Positions 11,314-25,951 of a stretch of 64,000 bases of DNA are shown piece after piece; within the stretch, counting starts at the first letter, position 1; every line of letters begins with the position of its first letter. The DNA is from Escherichia coli. Its GTDB lineage: Bacteria; Pseudomonadota; Gammaproteobacteria; Enterobacterales; Enterobacteriaceae. A program made the position numbers and the translations under genes. The notes under the pieces are model-generated. The model was given only the letters and a program-made list of their open reading frames with translations, ran no database searches and had not been told where the DNA came from. The stretch lies in NCBI RefSeq assembly GCF_051903065.1, contig NZ_CP178438.1; one strand, 5' to 3'.

Positions 11314-11952
11314 GTGAAGCGACCTGCACTCATTCTTATCTGCCTGCTATTACAGGCCTGTTCAGCCACGACTAAAGAGCTGGGCAATTCACTGTGGGAC
11401 AGTCTGTTCGGTACGCCAGGTGTACAGCTGACGGACGATGATATTCAAAATATGCCCTACGCCAGCCAGTACATGCAGCTTAATGGCGGGCCGCAGTTGT
11501 TTGTGGTGCTGGCCTTCGCTGAAGACGGACAACAAAAATGGGTCACTCAGGATCAGGCCACTCTCGTCACACAACATGGTCGTCTGGTGAAGACTCTGCT
11601 TGGCGGCGACAACTTGATTGAGGTGAATAACCTTGCCGCCGACCCGCTGATTAAACCCGCACAAATCATTGATGGTGCAACCTGGACGCGCACGATGGGC
11701 TGGACCGAGTACCAGCAGGTACGCTACGCCACCGCACGCTCAGTCTTCAAATGGGATGGCACCGATACCGTCAAGGTCGGCAGCGATGAAACCCCGGTTC
11801 GCGTGCTGGACGAAGAAGTCTCCACCGACCAGGCGCGCTGGCATAACCGCTACTGGATCGACAGCGAAGGGCAAATTCGCCAGTCGGAACAGTATCTCGG
11901 CGCGGATTATTTCCCGGTGAAAACCACCCTCATCAAGGCGGCAAAACAATGA
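11314..11952 (+). CDS. yjbF: Lipoprotein YjbF
   Basis: ORF 11284..11952; lipobox LLLQAC; start probably GTG at 11314 (VKRPALILICLLLQACSATT). Confidence 0.75.
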   Translation: MKRPALILICLLLQACSATTKELGNSLWDSLFGTPGVQLTDDDIQNMPYASQYMQLNGGPQLFVVLAFAEDGQQKWVTQDQATLVTQHGRLVKTLLGGDNLIEVNNLAADPLIKPAQIIDGATWTRTMGWTEYQQVRYATARSVFKWDGTDTVKVGSDETPVRVLDEEVSTDQARWHNRYWIDSEGQIRQSEQYLGADYFPVKTTLIKAAKQ

Positions 11953-12686
11953 TCAAACAAACTTTTGTCGCGTTGCTTTTGAGTGTGGGAGCGTCATCGG
12001 TCTTCGCGGCAGGAACCGTCAAGGTGTTCAGCAATGGCAGCAGTGAGGCCAAAACACTAACAGGCGCAGAGCATTTAATCGATCTGGTAGGCCAACCGCG
12101 GCTGGCAAACAGCTGGTGGCCCGGTGCGGTGATCAGCGAAGAGCTGGCAACGGCGGCAGCATTGCGTCAGCAGCAGGCGTTGCTGACACGGCTGGCAGAA
12201 CAGGGCGCAGATTCCAGCGCCGACGATGCCGCTGCGATTAACGCCTTACGCCAGCAAATTCAGGCGTTGAAGGTGACGGGCAGGCAAAAAATCAATCTTG
12301 ATCCCGATATCGTCCGCGTTGCTGAACGCGCTAACCCGCCGTTGCAGGGCAACTACACGCTGTGGGTCGGACCACCACCGTCCACGGTCACGTTGTTCGG
12401 GCTTATCAGCCGTCCTGGCAATCAGCCATTCACTCCCGGTCGCGACGTGGCGAGCTATCTCTCCGGGCAAAGTCTGCTTAGCGGTGCGGATCGTAGCTAC
12501 GCGTGGGTGGTTTACCCGGACGGACGCACACAAAAAGCGCCGGTGGCTTACTGGAACAAGCGTCACGTAGAGCCGATGCCCGGCAGCATTATTTATGTTG
12601 GCCTCGCGGACTCCGTCTGGAGTGAGATGCCTGATGCCCTTAACGCCGACATTCTTCAGACTCTGACGCAGCGGATACCTCAATAA
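11949..12686 (+). CDS. yjbG: Periplasmic protein YjbG
   Basis: 245-aa ORF with signal peptide; overlaps yjbF stop (ATGA). Confidence 0.75.
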   Translation: MIKQTFVALLLSVGASSVFAAGTVKVFSNGSSEAKTLTGAEHLIDLVGQPRLANSWWPGAVISEELATAAALRQQQALLTRLAEQGADSSADDAAAINALRQQIQALKVTGRQKINLDPDIVRVAERANPPLQGNYTLWVGPPPSTVTLFGLISRPGNQPFTPGRDVASYLSGQSLLSGADRSYAWVVYPDGRTQKAPVAYWNKRHVEPMPGSIIYVGLADSVWSEMPDALNADILQTLTQRIPQ

Positions 12687-14782
12687 TGAAAAAAAGACAT
12701 CTGCTTAGCTTACTGGCGCTGGGCATTAGCACAGCTTGCTACGGCGAAACATATCCTGCGCCCATTGGTCCGTCGCAGTCGGATTTCGGTGGCGTAGGAT
12801 TATTACAAACGCCCACCGCGCGTATGGCACGGGAAGGGGAGTTGAGTCTGAACTATCGTGATAACGATCAGTACCGTTATTACTCAGCTTCAGTGCAACT
12901 CTTCCCGTGGCTGGAAACAACGCTGCGCTACACCGACGTGCGCACCCGGCAGTACAGCAGCGTCGAAGCGTTCTCTGGCGATCAAACGTATAAAGATAAA
13001 GCCTTCGATCTCAAACTGCGTTTGTGGGAAGAGAGTTATTGGCTGCCGCAAGTGGCGGTTGGTGCGCGGGATATCGGCGGTACGGGGCTGTTTGATGCGG
13101 AATATCTTGTTGCCAGCAAAGCCTGGGGGCCGTTCGATTTTACGCTCGGCCTGGGCTGGGGATATCTGGGCACCAGCGGTAATGTGAAAAATCCGCTCTG
13201 TTCAGCCAGTGATAAATATTGCTATCGCGATAACAGCTACAAACAGGCGGGATCTATCGACGGTAGCCAGATGTTCCACGGTCCTGCCTCACTGTTTGGC
13301 GGCGTGGAATACCAGACGCCCTGGCAACCGCTGCGCCTGAAACTGGAGTATGAAGGCAATAATTATCAGCAGGATTTTGCCGGGAAGCTGGAGCAAAAAA
13401 GTAAGTTTAACGTCGGGGCGATTTATCGCGTTACCGATTGGGCCGACGTTAACCTTAGCTATGAACGTGGCAACACCTTTATGTTTGGCATCACGCTGCG
13501 CACCAACTTTAACGATCTGCGCCCGTCTTACAACGATAACGCCCGCCCGCAATATCAACCGCAGCCGCAGGATGCCATTTTGCAGCATTCGGTGGTGGCG
13601 AATCAGTTAACGCTGTTGAAATACAATGCCGGACTTGCCGATCCGCAGATCCAGGCGAAAGGCGATACGCTGTATGTTACCGGCGAGCAGGTGAAATATC
13701 GTGATTCGCGCGAAGGGATCATCCGTGCTAATCGGATCGTGATGAATGATCTGCCGGATGGGATCAAGACGATCCGCGTTACGGAAAATCGCCTTAACAT
13801 GCCGCAGGTGACGACGGAAACGGATGTCGCCAGCCTGAAAAATCATCTCGCCGGAGAGCCGTTGGGCCACGAAACGAAGCTGGCGCAAAAACGCGTCGAG
13901 CCAGTGGTTCCGAAGTCCACCGAGCAGGGCTGGTATATCGACAAATCACGCTTTGATTTCCATATCGATCCGGTGCTGAACCAGTCGGTCGGTGGCCCGG
14001 AAAACTTTTACATGTATCAGCTCGGCGTGATGGGAACGGCAGATTTGTGGCTGACGGACCATCTGCTGACCACCGGCAGCCTGTTCGCTAACCTTGCCAA
14101 CAACTACGACAAGTTTAACTACACCAATCCGCCGCAGGACTCGCACTTACCGCGCGTGCGTACCCATGTGCGCGAGTATGTGCAGAACGATGTCTATGTG
14201 AATAACCTGCAAGCCAACTACTTCCAGCATCTGGGCAACGGCTTCTACGGTCAGGTCTACGGCGGCTATCTCGAAACCATGTTTGGCGGTGCGGGGGCAG
14301 AAGTGTTGTATCGCCCGCTGGACAGCAACTGGGCGTTTGGTGTGGATGCCAACTACGTTAAACAGCGCGACTGGCGTAGTGCAAAAGATATGATGAAATT
14401 CACCGACTACAGCGTGAAAACCGGACATCTGACCGCCTACTGGACGCCATCTTTCGCTCAGGATGTGTTAGTTAAAGCCAGCGTCGGGCAGTATCTGGCA
14501 GGGGATAAAGGCGGCACGCTGGAGATCGCCAAACGCTTTGATAGCGGTGTGGTGGTGGGTGGCTATGCCACGATCACTAATGTTTCGAAAGAGGAGTACG
14601 GCGAAGGGGACTTCACCAAAGGCGTGTATGTCTCTGTACCGTTGGATCTCTTCTCGTCTGGCCCGACACGCAGCCGTGCGGCAATTGGCTGGACGCCGCT
14701 GACGCGTGACGGTGGTCAGCAACTTGGGCGTAAGTTCCAGTTGTATGACATGACCAGCGACCGTAGCGTCAATTTCCGCTAA
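12686..14782 (+). CDS. yjbH: Outer-membrane/exopolysaccharide-associated protein YjbH
   Basis: 698-aa ORF with signal peptide, Tyr/Gly-rich beta-rich composition; coupled to yjbG. Confidence 0.8.
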   Translation: MKKRHLLSLLALGISTACYGETYPAPIGPSQSDFGGVGLLQTPTARMAREGELSLNYRDNDQYRYYSASVQLFPWLETTLRYTDVRTRQYSSVEAFSGDQTYKDKAFDLKLRLWEESYWLPQVAVGARDIGGTGLFDAEYLVASKAWGPFDFTLGLGWGYLGTSGNVKNPLCSASDKYCYRDNSYKQAGSIDGSQMFHGPASLFGGVEYQTPWQPLRLKLEYEGNNYQQDFAGKLEQKSKFNVGAIYRVTDWADVNLSYERGNTFMFGITLRTNFNDLRPSYNDNARPQYQPQPQDAILQHSVVANQLTLLKYNAGLADPQIQAKGDTLYVTGEQVKYRDSREGIIRANRIVMNDLPDGIKTIRVTENRLNMPQVTTETDVASLKNHLAGEPLGHETKLAQKRVEPVVPKSTEQGWYIDKSRFDFHIDPVLNQSVGGPENFYMYQLGVMGTADLWLTDHLLTTGSLFANLANNYDKFNYTNPPQDSHLPRVRTHVREYVQNDVYVNNLQANYFQHLGNGFYGQVYGGYLETMFGGAGAEVLYRPLDSNWAFGVDANYVKQRDWRSAKDMMKFTDYSVKTGHLTAYWTPSFAQDVLVKASVGQYLAGDKGGTLEIAKRFDSGVVVGGYATITNVSKEEYGEGDFTKGVYVSVPLDLFSSGPTRSRAAIGWTPLTRDGGQQLGRKFQLYDMTSDRSVNFR

Positions 14783-14828
14783 GTCATGGGAAAGGTGCCA
14801 GTTTTCGCACTCACTGGCACCTTCATTC

Positions 14829-15107
14829 TTAATGGCCTGTCGAGCCATCAGGAACGCAGTTCACCCCCGGTTTGCGATCTGGTGTGTAAAGGCGAAAACA
14901 TTCTGTCTTCCTGTCCGTCGATATCGGTTGCAGGTCTGGTTGCCTGAGCGACTGGGCCATCATTGGGCTGGAGACATTGCTTTGCGGTAGGTCGGCTTTA
15001 TCAGCAGTACCGAGCGGACCAGCATAAGCAGGAAGAACAGAGACTGATAACATCAAAGCAGCAAAATAAGGCTTCATTTTTACCACCTTTATCAGGTTAC
15101 GTTTCAT
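14829..15107 (-). CDS. yjbT: Small secreted protein YjbT
   Basis: 92-aa ORF with signal peptide MKPYFAALMLSVSVLPAYA. Confidence 0.6.
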   Translation of the reverse strand: MKRNLIKVVKMKPYFAALMLSVSVLPAYAGPLGTADKADLPQSNVSSPMMAQSLRQPDLQPISTDRKTECFRLYTPDRKPGVNCVPDGSTGH

Positions 15108-15376
15108 TTGTTCCAGAGGAACATTGTCGATTTTTCGCGCATTGCTGGTGGCTGGGAATCACCTGAATGGGTGATTTTTGAATTACCGGCTTTGGTGCGG
15201 TTTGTCTTGCCGGATGCGCCGCCAGGCGCGGCTTATCCGGCCTACGGGTAGGTATATCCGGCTTTGGTGGAGGCGCGCTCCAAATCCAGGCTGAACAAAA
15301 CATACACAAAAAATATAGATCTCCGTCACATTTTTGCGTTATACAGGAAGCTCGCCACTGTGAAGGAGGTACTGCT

Positions 15377-15787
15377 ATGACGTCACTCTCTCGTCCGCGC
15401 GTGGAGTTTATCTCCACCATTTTGCAGACCGTACTCAATCTTGGCCTGCTGTGCCTCGGCCTTATTTTGGTTGTCTTCCTCGGCAAAGAAACGGTGCATC
15501 TGGCTGATGTGCTGTTCGCGCCAGAACAAACCAGCAAATATGAGCTGGTAGAAGGACTGGTGGTTTACTTTCTCTATTTCGAATTTATCGCGCTGATTGT
15601 GAAGTACTTTCAGTCCGGTTTTCACTTCCCGCTACGTTACTTTGTCTATATTGGGATCACCGCCATTGTGCGCTTGATCATCGTCGATCATAAATCGCCA
15701 CTGGATGTGTTGATCTACTCGGCTGCGATCCTGTTACAGGTGATCACCCTGTGGCTGTGTAATTCGAAACGGCTGAAGCGGGAGTAA
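15377..15787 (+). CDS. psiE: Phosphate-starvation-inducible protein PsiE
   Basis: 136-aa membrane [25 protein letters not shown]...; RBS GGAGG upstream. Confidence 0.9.
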   Translation: MTSLSRPRVEFISTILQTVLNLGLLCLGLILVVFLGKETVHLADVLFAPEQTSKYELVEGLVVYFLYFEFIALIVKYFQSGFHFPLRYFVYIGITAIVRLIIVDHKSPLDVLIYSAAILLQVITLWLCNSKRLKRE

Positions 15788-15793
15788 AAAGAC

Positions 15794-15820
15794 AGCACGC
15801 CGAACTGGCGCGGCGTGCTG
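15794..15820. terminator. Bidirectional hairpin terminator between psiE and xylE
   Basis: cagcacgccg...cggcgtgctg inverted repeat between convergent genes. Confidence 0.6.
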
Positions 15821-15830
15821 GACAGGAAGA

Positions 15831-17306
15831 TTACAGCGTAGCAGTTTGTTGTGTTTTCTTCGTTTCCGGTTCCCAGAGGGCTTCCAGCTCCTCAAGGGTT
15901 TTACCTTTGGTTTCCGGGACAAATTTCCACATAAATAGTGCTGCCAGAACGCCCATACACCCGTAAATCCAGTAGGAGAAACCGTTGTGGAAATGGGCCA
16001 CCAGCCAGGAGTTTTTGTCCATCATCGGGAAGGTCCAGGAGACGAAGTAGTTCGCCAGCCACTGGGCCGCCACCGCGATTGCCAGCGCTTTACCACGAAT
16101 AGCATTCGGGAAGATTTCCGACAGCAGTACCCAGCATACCGGACCCCAGGACATGGCAAAGGCGGCAACATAGAACAGCATCGACAGAAGCGCCACAATA
16201 CCCGGTGCCTGAGTGTAAAACGCGGTACCGAGGCTAAACATACCGATTGCCATTCCGAGTGCGCCGATAATTTGCAGTGGCTTACGACCAAATTTATCCA
16301 CCGTCATAATTGCCAGAACGGTGAAGGTGAGGTTGATAACTCCGACAATAATGGTCTGCAACAGCGCGATATCCGTGCTGGCCCCCAGCGTTTTGAACAC
16401 TTCCGGCGCGTAGTACAGCACCACATTGATGCCGACAAATTGCTGGAAGATGGAGAGCATAACGCCGATTACAATCACGCCTACGCCAAACATCAGCAGA
16501 CGACCACCGGTTTTGCGGCCATGATCCAGAGAGTGTTTAATTTCCTGTACTGCCTGAGTTGCAAGCGTGTTGCCCATAATTTTGCGCAGGATACCTTCCG
16601 CCTGTTCTTGCTTGCCGCGTGACATCAGCCAGCGAGGACTTTCTGGCACGGTATACAGCAGCATTAAGAACAGCAGTGCAGGGATACATTCCGAGGCAAA
16701 CATATAACGCCAGCCGTCAGTATTCAGCCAGCTGGCATCACCGGAACGCGCAATAAAATAGTTTACGCAGTAAACTAAAAGTTGCCCGAAAATAATCGCA
16801 AACTGGTTAAAAGAGACCAGTTTCCCGCGAATATGAGCAGGAGCAAGTTCCGCAATATACATTGGTGAAAGCATTGAGGCTAAACCAACGCCAATACCGC
16901 CAATAATACGATAAATAACAAATTCCGGGACATAACCTGCCAGATAAACAGGCACTGTGTTGTCCGGGTTTATAGAGGTAAAACCAAGTTCTGGCCAGGC
17001 AGAACCTACACCAGAAATAAAAAACAGGACAGCAGCAATCTTAAGTGAATCACGACGACCGAAGCGGTTACTGCAATAACCACCGAGGGCACCGCCGATG
17101 ATGCAACCAATCAGAGCGCTGGCCACGCAAAACCCTAACAGGGAGTTGGCAGCGGATTCACTTAAGTTTTGTGGAGCAACAAAGACGGTATTGAGTGACT
17201 CAACAGTACCGGAAATAACGGCGGTGTCGTAGCCAAATAATAAACCACCTAATGTAGCGACTAAGGTAATCGAAAATATATAACTGGAATTATACTGGGT
17301 ATTCAT
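15831..17306 (-). CDS. xylE: D-xylose:proton symporter (MFS)
   Basis: 491-aa ORF MNTQYNSSYIFSITLVATLGGLLFGYDTAVISG... (sugar-porter signature). Confidence 0.95.
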   Translation of the reverse strand: MNTQYNSSYIFSITLVATLGGLLFGYDTAVISGTVESLNTVFVAPQNLSESAANSLLGFCVASALIGCIIGGALGGYCSNRFGRRDSLKIAAVLFFISGVGSAWPELGFTSINPDNTVPVYLAGYVPEFVIYRIIGGIGVGLASMLSPMYIAELAPAHIRGKLVSFNQFAIIFGQLLVYCVNYFIARSGDASWLNTDGWRYMFASECIPALLFLMLLYTVPESPRWLMSRGKQEQAEGILRKIMGNTLATQAVQEIKHSLDHGRKTGGRLLMFGVGVIVIGVMLSIFQQFVGINVVLYYAPEVFKTLGASTDIALLQTIIVGVINLTFTVLAIMTVDKFGRKPLQIIGALGMAIGMFSLGTAFYTQAPGIVALLSMLFYVAAFAMSWGPVCWVLLSEIFPNAIRGKALAIAVAAQWLANYFVSWTFPMMDKNSWLVAHFHNGFSYWIYGCMGVLAALFMWKFVPETKGKTLEELEALWEPETKKTQQTATL

Positions 17307-17677
17307 TCAGACCTGCCTTAGACCATTCTGATCTTTTATCAGTGCATTGATGTTGGAATTGTCAGGCAGTTAAGGCAATTATCATTTTTTACAATGCGTT
17401 TACGTAATGTCTTTTCTGTGATCTTAATTGTGATAATTATCCAAAATTGATAAAAACAATACTATTGCCGTGACTCAGAGCACGAAAGAGAATTATCGTA
17501 AGTGGGAAAACAAATAACGTAAAAATAATAAGTTCTATGATGGAAATATTAACCGGCGAACGATTCAGATTGCAGACGAAAGAAAAAAAGGCGCTCCGTG
17601 GAGCGCCGAATAACAGTCACAAGTTGGGATAACGTAAGTTGAGGGTGCAGCGGCATAACATTGGCAGAACAACATCT

Positions 17678-18568
17678 TTAACCTTTCACACCACCTGCCG
17701 TCAGGCCGTTGACCAGCCAGCGTTGAGCCAGCAAGAAGACGATGGTGATCGGTAATGCAGACATCACGGCAGCGGCGGCAAAGTCACCCCACAGGTAGTT
17801 TTGCGGGTTGAGGTATTGCTGCATCCCCACGGCCAGGGTGTAGCTGTTTACGTCACGCAGTAACAGCGATGCGACCGGAACTTCAGTAATGGCAGCGATA
17901 AACGACAGGATGAACACCACCGCCAGAATCGGTACTGACAGCGGCAACAGGACAAGGCGGAAGGCCTGCCACGGTGTCGCACCATCCAGCGCAGCCGCTT
18001 CTTCCAGCGAACTGTCGATGGTTTCGAAATAGCCTTTGATGGTCCAGACGTGCAGCGCAATCCCACCCAGATACGCGAAAATTACGCCGCCGTGAGTATT
18101 CAGGCCAATGAATGGAATGTACTCACCCAGACGATCAAACAACGCATACAACGCGACCAGTGAAAGTACTGCCGGGAACATCTGGAAAATCAGCATTCCT
18201 TTCAGCAGCGTCGCTTTGCCTGGAAAGCGCATACGGGCGAAAGCGTAGGCGCAGGTGGTGGAGAGCGCCACAATGCCAATCGCGGAAATCCCGGCGACCT
18301 TTACCGAGTTCCACAGCCACAGCAGTACCGGGAATGGCGGTGGCGTAATGCGACCATCAGCCTGTTCAACGCTAAAACCTAACGCCAGTTTCCAGTGATC
18401 CCAGGAGATTTGCTCCGGGATCAGGCTACCGGTCGCGAAGTTTCCCTGACGCAGCGAGATAGCGACGACCATCAGCAGCGGGAACATAATCGCCGCGATA
18501 AAAAGTAGCAGTAGCAGGTGAGTAATAAACAAACGTGCTTTTTGCGATTTCGGTTGGACCATTGCCAT
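17678..18568 (-). CDS. malG: Maltose ABC transporter permease
   Basis: 296-aa ORF with EAA-loop motif; downstream of malF. Confidence 0.95.
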
Positions 18569-18582
18569 TTTTGTTATCTCCC

Positions 18583-20127
18583 TTAATCAAACTTCATTCG
18601 CGTGGCTTTCAGGTTCACTATCGCCAGCGCACCCACCAGCAGGAAGATCAGCGTGGCAATTGCTGCTGCCAGACCGAAGTCCTGACCCCCGCCGCCTTCA
18701 AAAGCGATGCGGTAGGTGTAGTTAACAAGCAGGTCGGTATAACCGGCTGGCGTGGTCGTGCCAAGACGATCCGGGCCGCCGTTGGTTAACAGTTGAATCA
18801 GCACGAAGTTGTTAAAGTTAAAGGCGAAGCTGGCGATCATCAGCGGCGTCAGCGGTTTAATCAGCAGCGGCAGCGTAATCTTAAAGAAGTTCTGGAACGG
18901 ACCTGCACCATCCATTGCTGAGGCTTCATACAAATCGTCCGGAATCGCTTTCAGCAAGCCCATGCAGAGGATCATCATGTACGGATAGCCCAGCCAGGTA
19001 TTGACGATAATCAACATCGTTCGGGCGGTGGTCGGATCGCTGAACCAGGCGGGCTTCACGCCAAACAGCGCGCTCAACATCATGTTGATCTCACCGAAGC
19101 TCTGGTTAAACAACCCTTTGAAAATCAAGATTGAAATGAACGATGGCACCGCGTAGGGCAGAATCAGCAGGACGCGATAGACCGCTTTGCCGCGCAACGC
19201 TTCCCACTGCACCAGACATGCCAGAACCATGCCGACCGCCACCGTTAAAAAGACGGTGATCAGTGAAAACACCACGGTCCAGACGAAAATGGCGAGGAAC
19301 GGTTTCTGAATGCCTTCGTCGGTAAAGACGCGGGTAAAGTTTTTCCAGCCAGTAGTCACGGTGTAACCGGGGCTTAGCTTTTCATCGCCCCAGTTGCCGT
19401 CGGCGGTAATGGACTGGTAAAAGCCAATTTGGTTATTCGGACGATATTTCACGCCGCTCTGATTATTCGTCAACGTGCCGTCACCGTCGAGTGTGTAGAG
19501 CGGCTGCGTGCCAGAAAACTGGCGTAGGGAGCTCATCATCACTTTGTTGCCATCCGGCAGAATGGCGGTAATGTCACTCAGCGCCTGACGATTCTGGGTA
19601 ATAACGCGTAGATTCGCGCGTTCGCCTTCGGGCTGGGCGGTCGTTTCTTTCAGTTGCAGTTTTTGCTCGCCGCCAAATTTAAAAGCGTCGGAAAGGTAAT
19701 TTTTGCCGGTTTCGCCGTCGCTGAGGGCTAGTTGCCACTCATCGCCCGCCGGGTAAAGACCAAAATTATAGGTTTTGCCTGCTTGCCAGGAGCGATCTAA
19801 CAACACTTCCTGCGCACGTTCAAAAGTCAGCTGGTTAGTGCTGCTGTAGTTGGTGAAGGCAATGGCGATGGTGCAGACCAGAGGGAAGAGGACGAATAAT
19901 CCCATTCCAGCCATTCCCGGGTAAACATAGCGCCAGGCGTAGGCTTTACGATTGGCGAAAATATACAGCCCCGCTGAACTCAATATCAGCGTGGTAATGG
20001 CGAACAGGTATTCCCCTTGTGCGTACATTAAAACAACAAGGTAACCCACCAGCAGGCCGAGCAGACCTAACACTGACCATTTCAGCGCGTCGCTTTGCCA
20101 CCAATGTTTCTTTTTAATGACATCCAT
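18583..20127 (-). CDS. malF: Maltose ABC transporter permease
   Basis: ORF 18583..20142; start taken at [16 protein letters not shown]. Confidence 0.95.
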
Positions 20128-20139
20128 GGGGTTCTTCCT

Positions 20140-20280
20140 CATTCCAGGACGGATAAGGCTTTCACGCCTTATCCGACAACAACTGCCTGATGCGACGCTG
20201 ACGCGTCTTATCAGACCTACATACGTTTCGGTTTTGTAGGCCGGACAAGGCGTTCACGCCGCATCCGGCATTTCACAGCA
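20140..20280. repeat. REP/BIME repeats in malE-malF intergenic region
   Basis: ggataaggc...gccttatccg and gccggacaaggcgttcacgccgcatccggca palindromic units. Confidence 0.7.
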
Positions 20281-21835
<1,555 letters not shown>

Positions 21836-22951
21836 ATGGCGAGCGTACAGCTGCAAAATGTAACGAAAGCCTGGGGCGAGGTCGTGGTATCGAAAGATAT
21901 CAATCTCGATATCCATGAAGGTGAATTCGTGGTGTTTGTCGGACCGTCTGGCTGCGGTAAATCGACTTTACTGCGCATGATTGCCGGGCTTGAGACGATC
22001 ACCAGCGGCGACCTGTTCATCGGTGAGAAACGGATGAATGACACTCCGCCAGCAGAACGTGGCGTTGGTATGGTGTTTCAGTCCTACGCGCTCTATCCCC
22101 ACCTGTCAGTAGCAGAAAACATGTCATTTGGCCTGAAACTGGCAGGCGCAAAAAAAGAGGTGATTAACCAACGCGTCAACCAGGTGGCGGAAGTGCTACA
22201 ACTGGCGCATTTGCTGGATCGCAAACCGAAAGCGCTCTCCGGTGGTCAGCGTCAGCGTGTGGCGATTGGCCGTACGCTGGTGGCCGAGCCAAGCGTATTT
22301 TTGCTCGATGAACCGCTCTCCAACCTCGATGCTGCACTGCGTGTGCAAATGCGTATCGAAATCTCCCGTCTGCATAAACGCCTGGGCCGCACAATGATTT
22401 ACGTCACCCACGATCAGGTCGAAGCGATGACGCTGGCCGACAAAATCGTGGTGCTGGACGCCGGTCGCGTGGCGCAGGTTGGGAAACCGCTGGAGCTGTA
22501 CCACTATCCGGCAGACCGTTTTGTCGCCGGATTTATCGGTTCGCCAAAGATGAACTTCCTGCCGGTAAAAGTGACCGCCACCGCAATCGATCAAGTGCAG
22601 GTGGAGCTGCCGATGCCAAATCGTCAGCAAGTCTGGCTGCCAGTTGAAAGCCGTGATGTCCAGGTTGGAGCCAATATGTCGCTGGGTATTCGCCCGGAAC
22701 ATCTACTGCCGAGTGATATCGCTGACGTCATCCTTGAGGGTGAAGTTCAGGTCGTCGAGCAACTCGGCAACGAAACCCAAATCCATATCCAGATCCCTTC
22801 CATTCGTCAAAACCTGGTGTACCGCCAGAACGACGTGGTGTTGGTAGAAGAAGGTGCCACATTCGCTATCGGCCTGCCGCCAGAGCGTTGCCATCTGTTC
22901 CGTGAGGATGGCACTGCATGTCGTCGACTGCATAAGGAGCCGGGCGTTTAA
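21836..22951 (+). CDS. malK: Maltose ABC transporter ATP-binding protein
   Basis: ORF 21746..22951; start at [18 protein letters not shown]; Walker [10 protein letters not shown], signature LSGGQRQR. Confidence 0.95.
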   Translation: MASVQLQNVTKAWGEVVVSKDINLDIHEGEFVVFVGPSGCGKSTLLRMIAGLETITSGDLFIGEKRMNDTPPAERGVGMVFQSYALYPHLSVAENMSFGLKLAGAKKEVINQRVNQVAEVLQLAHLLDRKPKALSGGQRQRVAIGRTLVAEPSVFLLDEPLSNLDAALRVQMRIEISRLHKRLGRTMIYVTHDQVEAMTLADKIVVLDAGRVAQVGKPLELYHYPADRFVAGFIGSPKMNFLPVKVTATAIDQVQVELPMPNRQQVWLPVESRDVQVGANMSLGIRPEHLLPSDIADVILEGEVQVVEQLGNETQIHIQIPSIRQNLVYRQNDVVLVEEGATFAIGLPPERCHLFREDGTACRRLHKEPGV

Positions 22952-22992
22952 GCACCCCACAAAACACACAAAGCCTGTCACAGGTGATGTGA

Positions 22993-24363
<1,371 letters not shown>

Positions 24364-24369
24364 TAGCAA

Positions 24370-24500
<131 letters not shown>

Positions 24501-24605
24501 AAAACAGGTTGTCATTATCTGAAAGGGGCGAAAGCCCCTCTGATTATCGGGTTTAGCGCGCTATTGCCTGGCTACCGCTGAGCTCCAGATTTTGAGGTGA
24601 AAACA

Positions 24606-25526
24606 ATGAAAATGAATAAAAGTCTCATCGCCCTCTGTTTATCAGCAGGGTTGCTGGCAAGCGCGCCTGGAATCAGCCTTGCCGATGTTAACTACGTACC
24701 GCAAAACACCAGCGACGCGCCAGCCATTCCATCTGCCGCGCTGCAACAACTCACCTGGACACCGGTCGATCAATCTAAAACCCAGACCACCCAACTGGCG
24801 ACTGGCGGCCAACAACTGAACGTTGCTGGCATCAGTGGTCCGGTTGCTGCGTACAGCGTCCCGGCAAACATTGGCGAACTGACCCTGACGCTGACCAGCG
24901 AAGTGAACAAAAAAACCAGCGTATTTGCGCCGAACGTGCTGATTCTTGATCAGAACATGACCCCATCAGCCTTCTTCCCCAGCAGTTATTTCACCTACCA
25001 GGAACCAGGCGTGATGAGTGCAGATCGTCTGGAAGGCGTTATGCGCCTGACACCGGCGTTAGGGCAGCAAAAACTTTATGTTCTGGTCTTTACCACGGAA
25101 AAAGATCTCCAGCAGACGACCCAACTGCTCGACCCGGCTAAAGCCTATGCCAAAGGCGTCGGTAACTCGATCCCGGATATTCCCGATCCGGTTGCTCGTC
25201 ATACCAGCGATGGCTTACTGAAACTGAAAGTGAAAACGAACTCCAGCTCCAGCGTGTTGGTCGGGCCTTTATTTGGTTCTTCCGCTCCAGCTCCGGTTAC
25301 GGTAGGCAACACGGCGGCACCAGCTGTGGCTGCACCCGTTCCGGCACCGGTGAAGAAAAGCGAGCCGATGCTCAACGACACGGAAAGTTATTTTAATACC
25401 GCGATCAAAAACGCTGTCGCGAAAGGTGATGTTGATAAGGCGTTAAAACTGCTTGATGAAGCTGAACGCCTGGGATCGACATCTGCCCGTTCCACCTTTA
25501 TCAGCAGTGTAAAAGGCAAGGGGTAA
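24606..25526 (+). CDS. malM: Maltose operon periplasmic protein
   Basis: ORF 24597..25526; start at MKMNKSLIALCLSAGLLASAPGISLA. Confidence 0.9.
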   Translation: MKMNKSLIALCLSAGLLASAPGISLADVNYVPQNTSDAPAIPSAALQQLTWTPVDQSKTQTTQLATGGQQLNVAGISGPVAAYSVPANIGELTLTLTSEVNKKTSVFAPNVLILDQNMTPSAFFPSSYFTYQEPGVMSADRLEGVMRLTPALGQQKLYVLVFTTEKDLQQTTQLLDPAKAYAKGVGNSIPDIPDPVARHTSDGLLKLKVKTNSSSSVLVGPLFGSSAPAPVTVGNTAAPAVAAPVPAPVKKSEPMLNDTESYFNTAIKNAVAKGDVDKALKLLDEAERLGSTSARSTFISSVKGKG

Positions 25527-25558
25527 TTACGCCCCACAGTGCTGATTTTGCAACAACT

Positions 25559-25585
25559 GGTGCGTCTCCTGGCGCACCTTTTTTT
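25559..25585 (+). terminator. Rho-independent terminator after malM
   Basis: ggtgcgtctcctggcgcacc hairpin followed by TTTTTTT. Confidence 0.7.
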
Positions 25586-25951
25586 ATGCTTCATTCCAGG
25601 GATATGAGCGATTTTTTATAGTACTTCACTTCTTCTTCACTAAGAATATCCATTATCTCAATGCATTATCAGAGATTCTTTTCCTTTCGCCGGTAGTGTC
25701 TGGACGCTCAGGCTACTTTTTCCAGTTATTTCATTTCTGTAATGCAGAGGTTTTATGTTAGGTCATATCTCAAAGTTTGACGGCAATAACTCTTTGATAA
25801 AACATGGTGTGGTGCAAGGAAATAATATAGTAGATTTTGATTTACTACGTAATTTTAATGGGGTGCCAGGGTTAAATCGAGAAAACTTTATTTATATCAG
25901 CAATATTTTTTAAATATAAAACAACGGAACGAAAAAAATCATTCAATAAAT

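Noticed and set aside
15987-16622. 211-aa plus-strand ORF
   Set aside because: Antisense to xylE.
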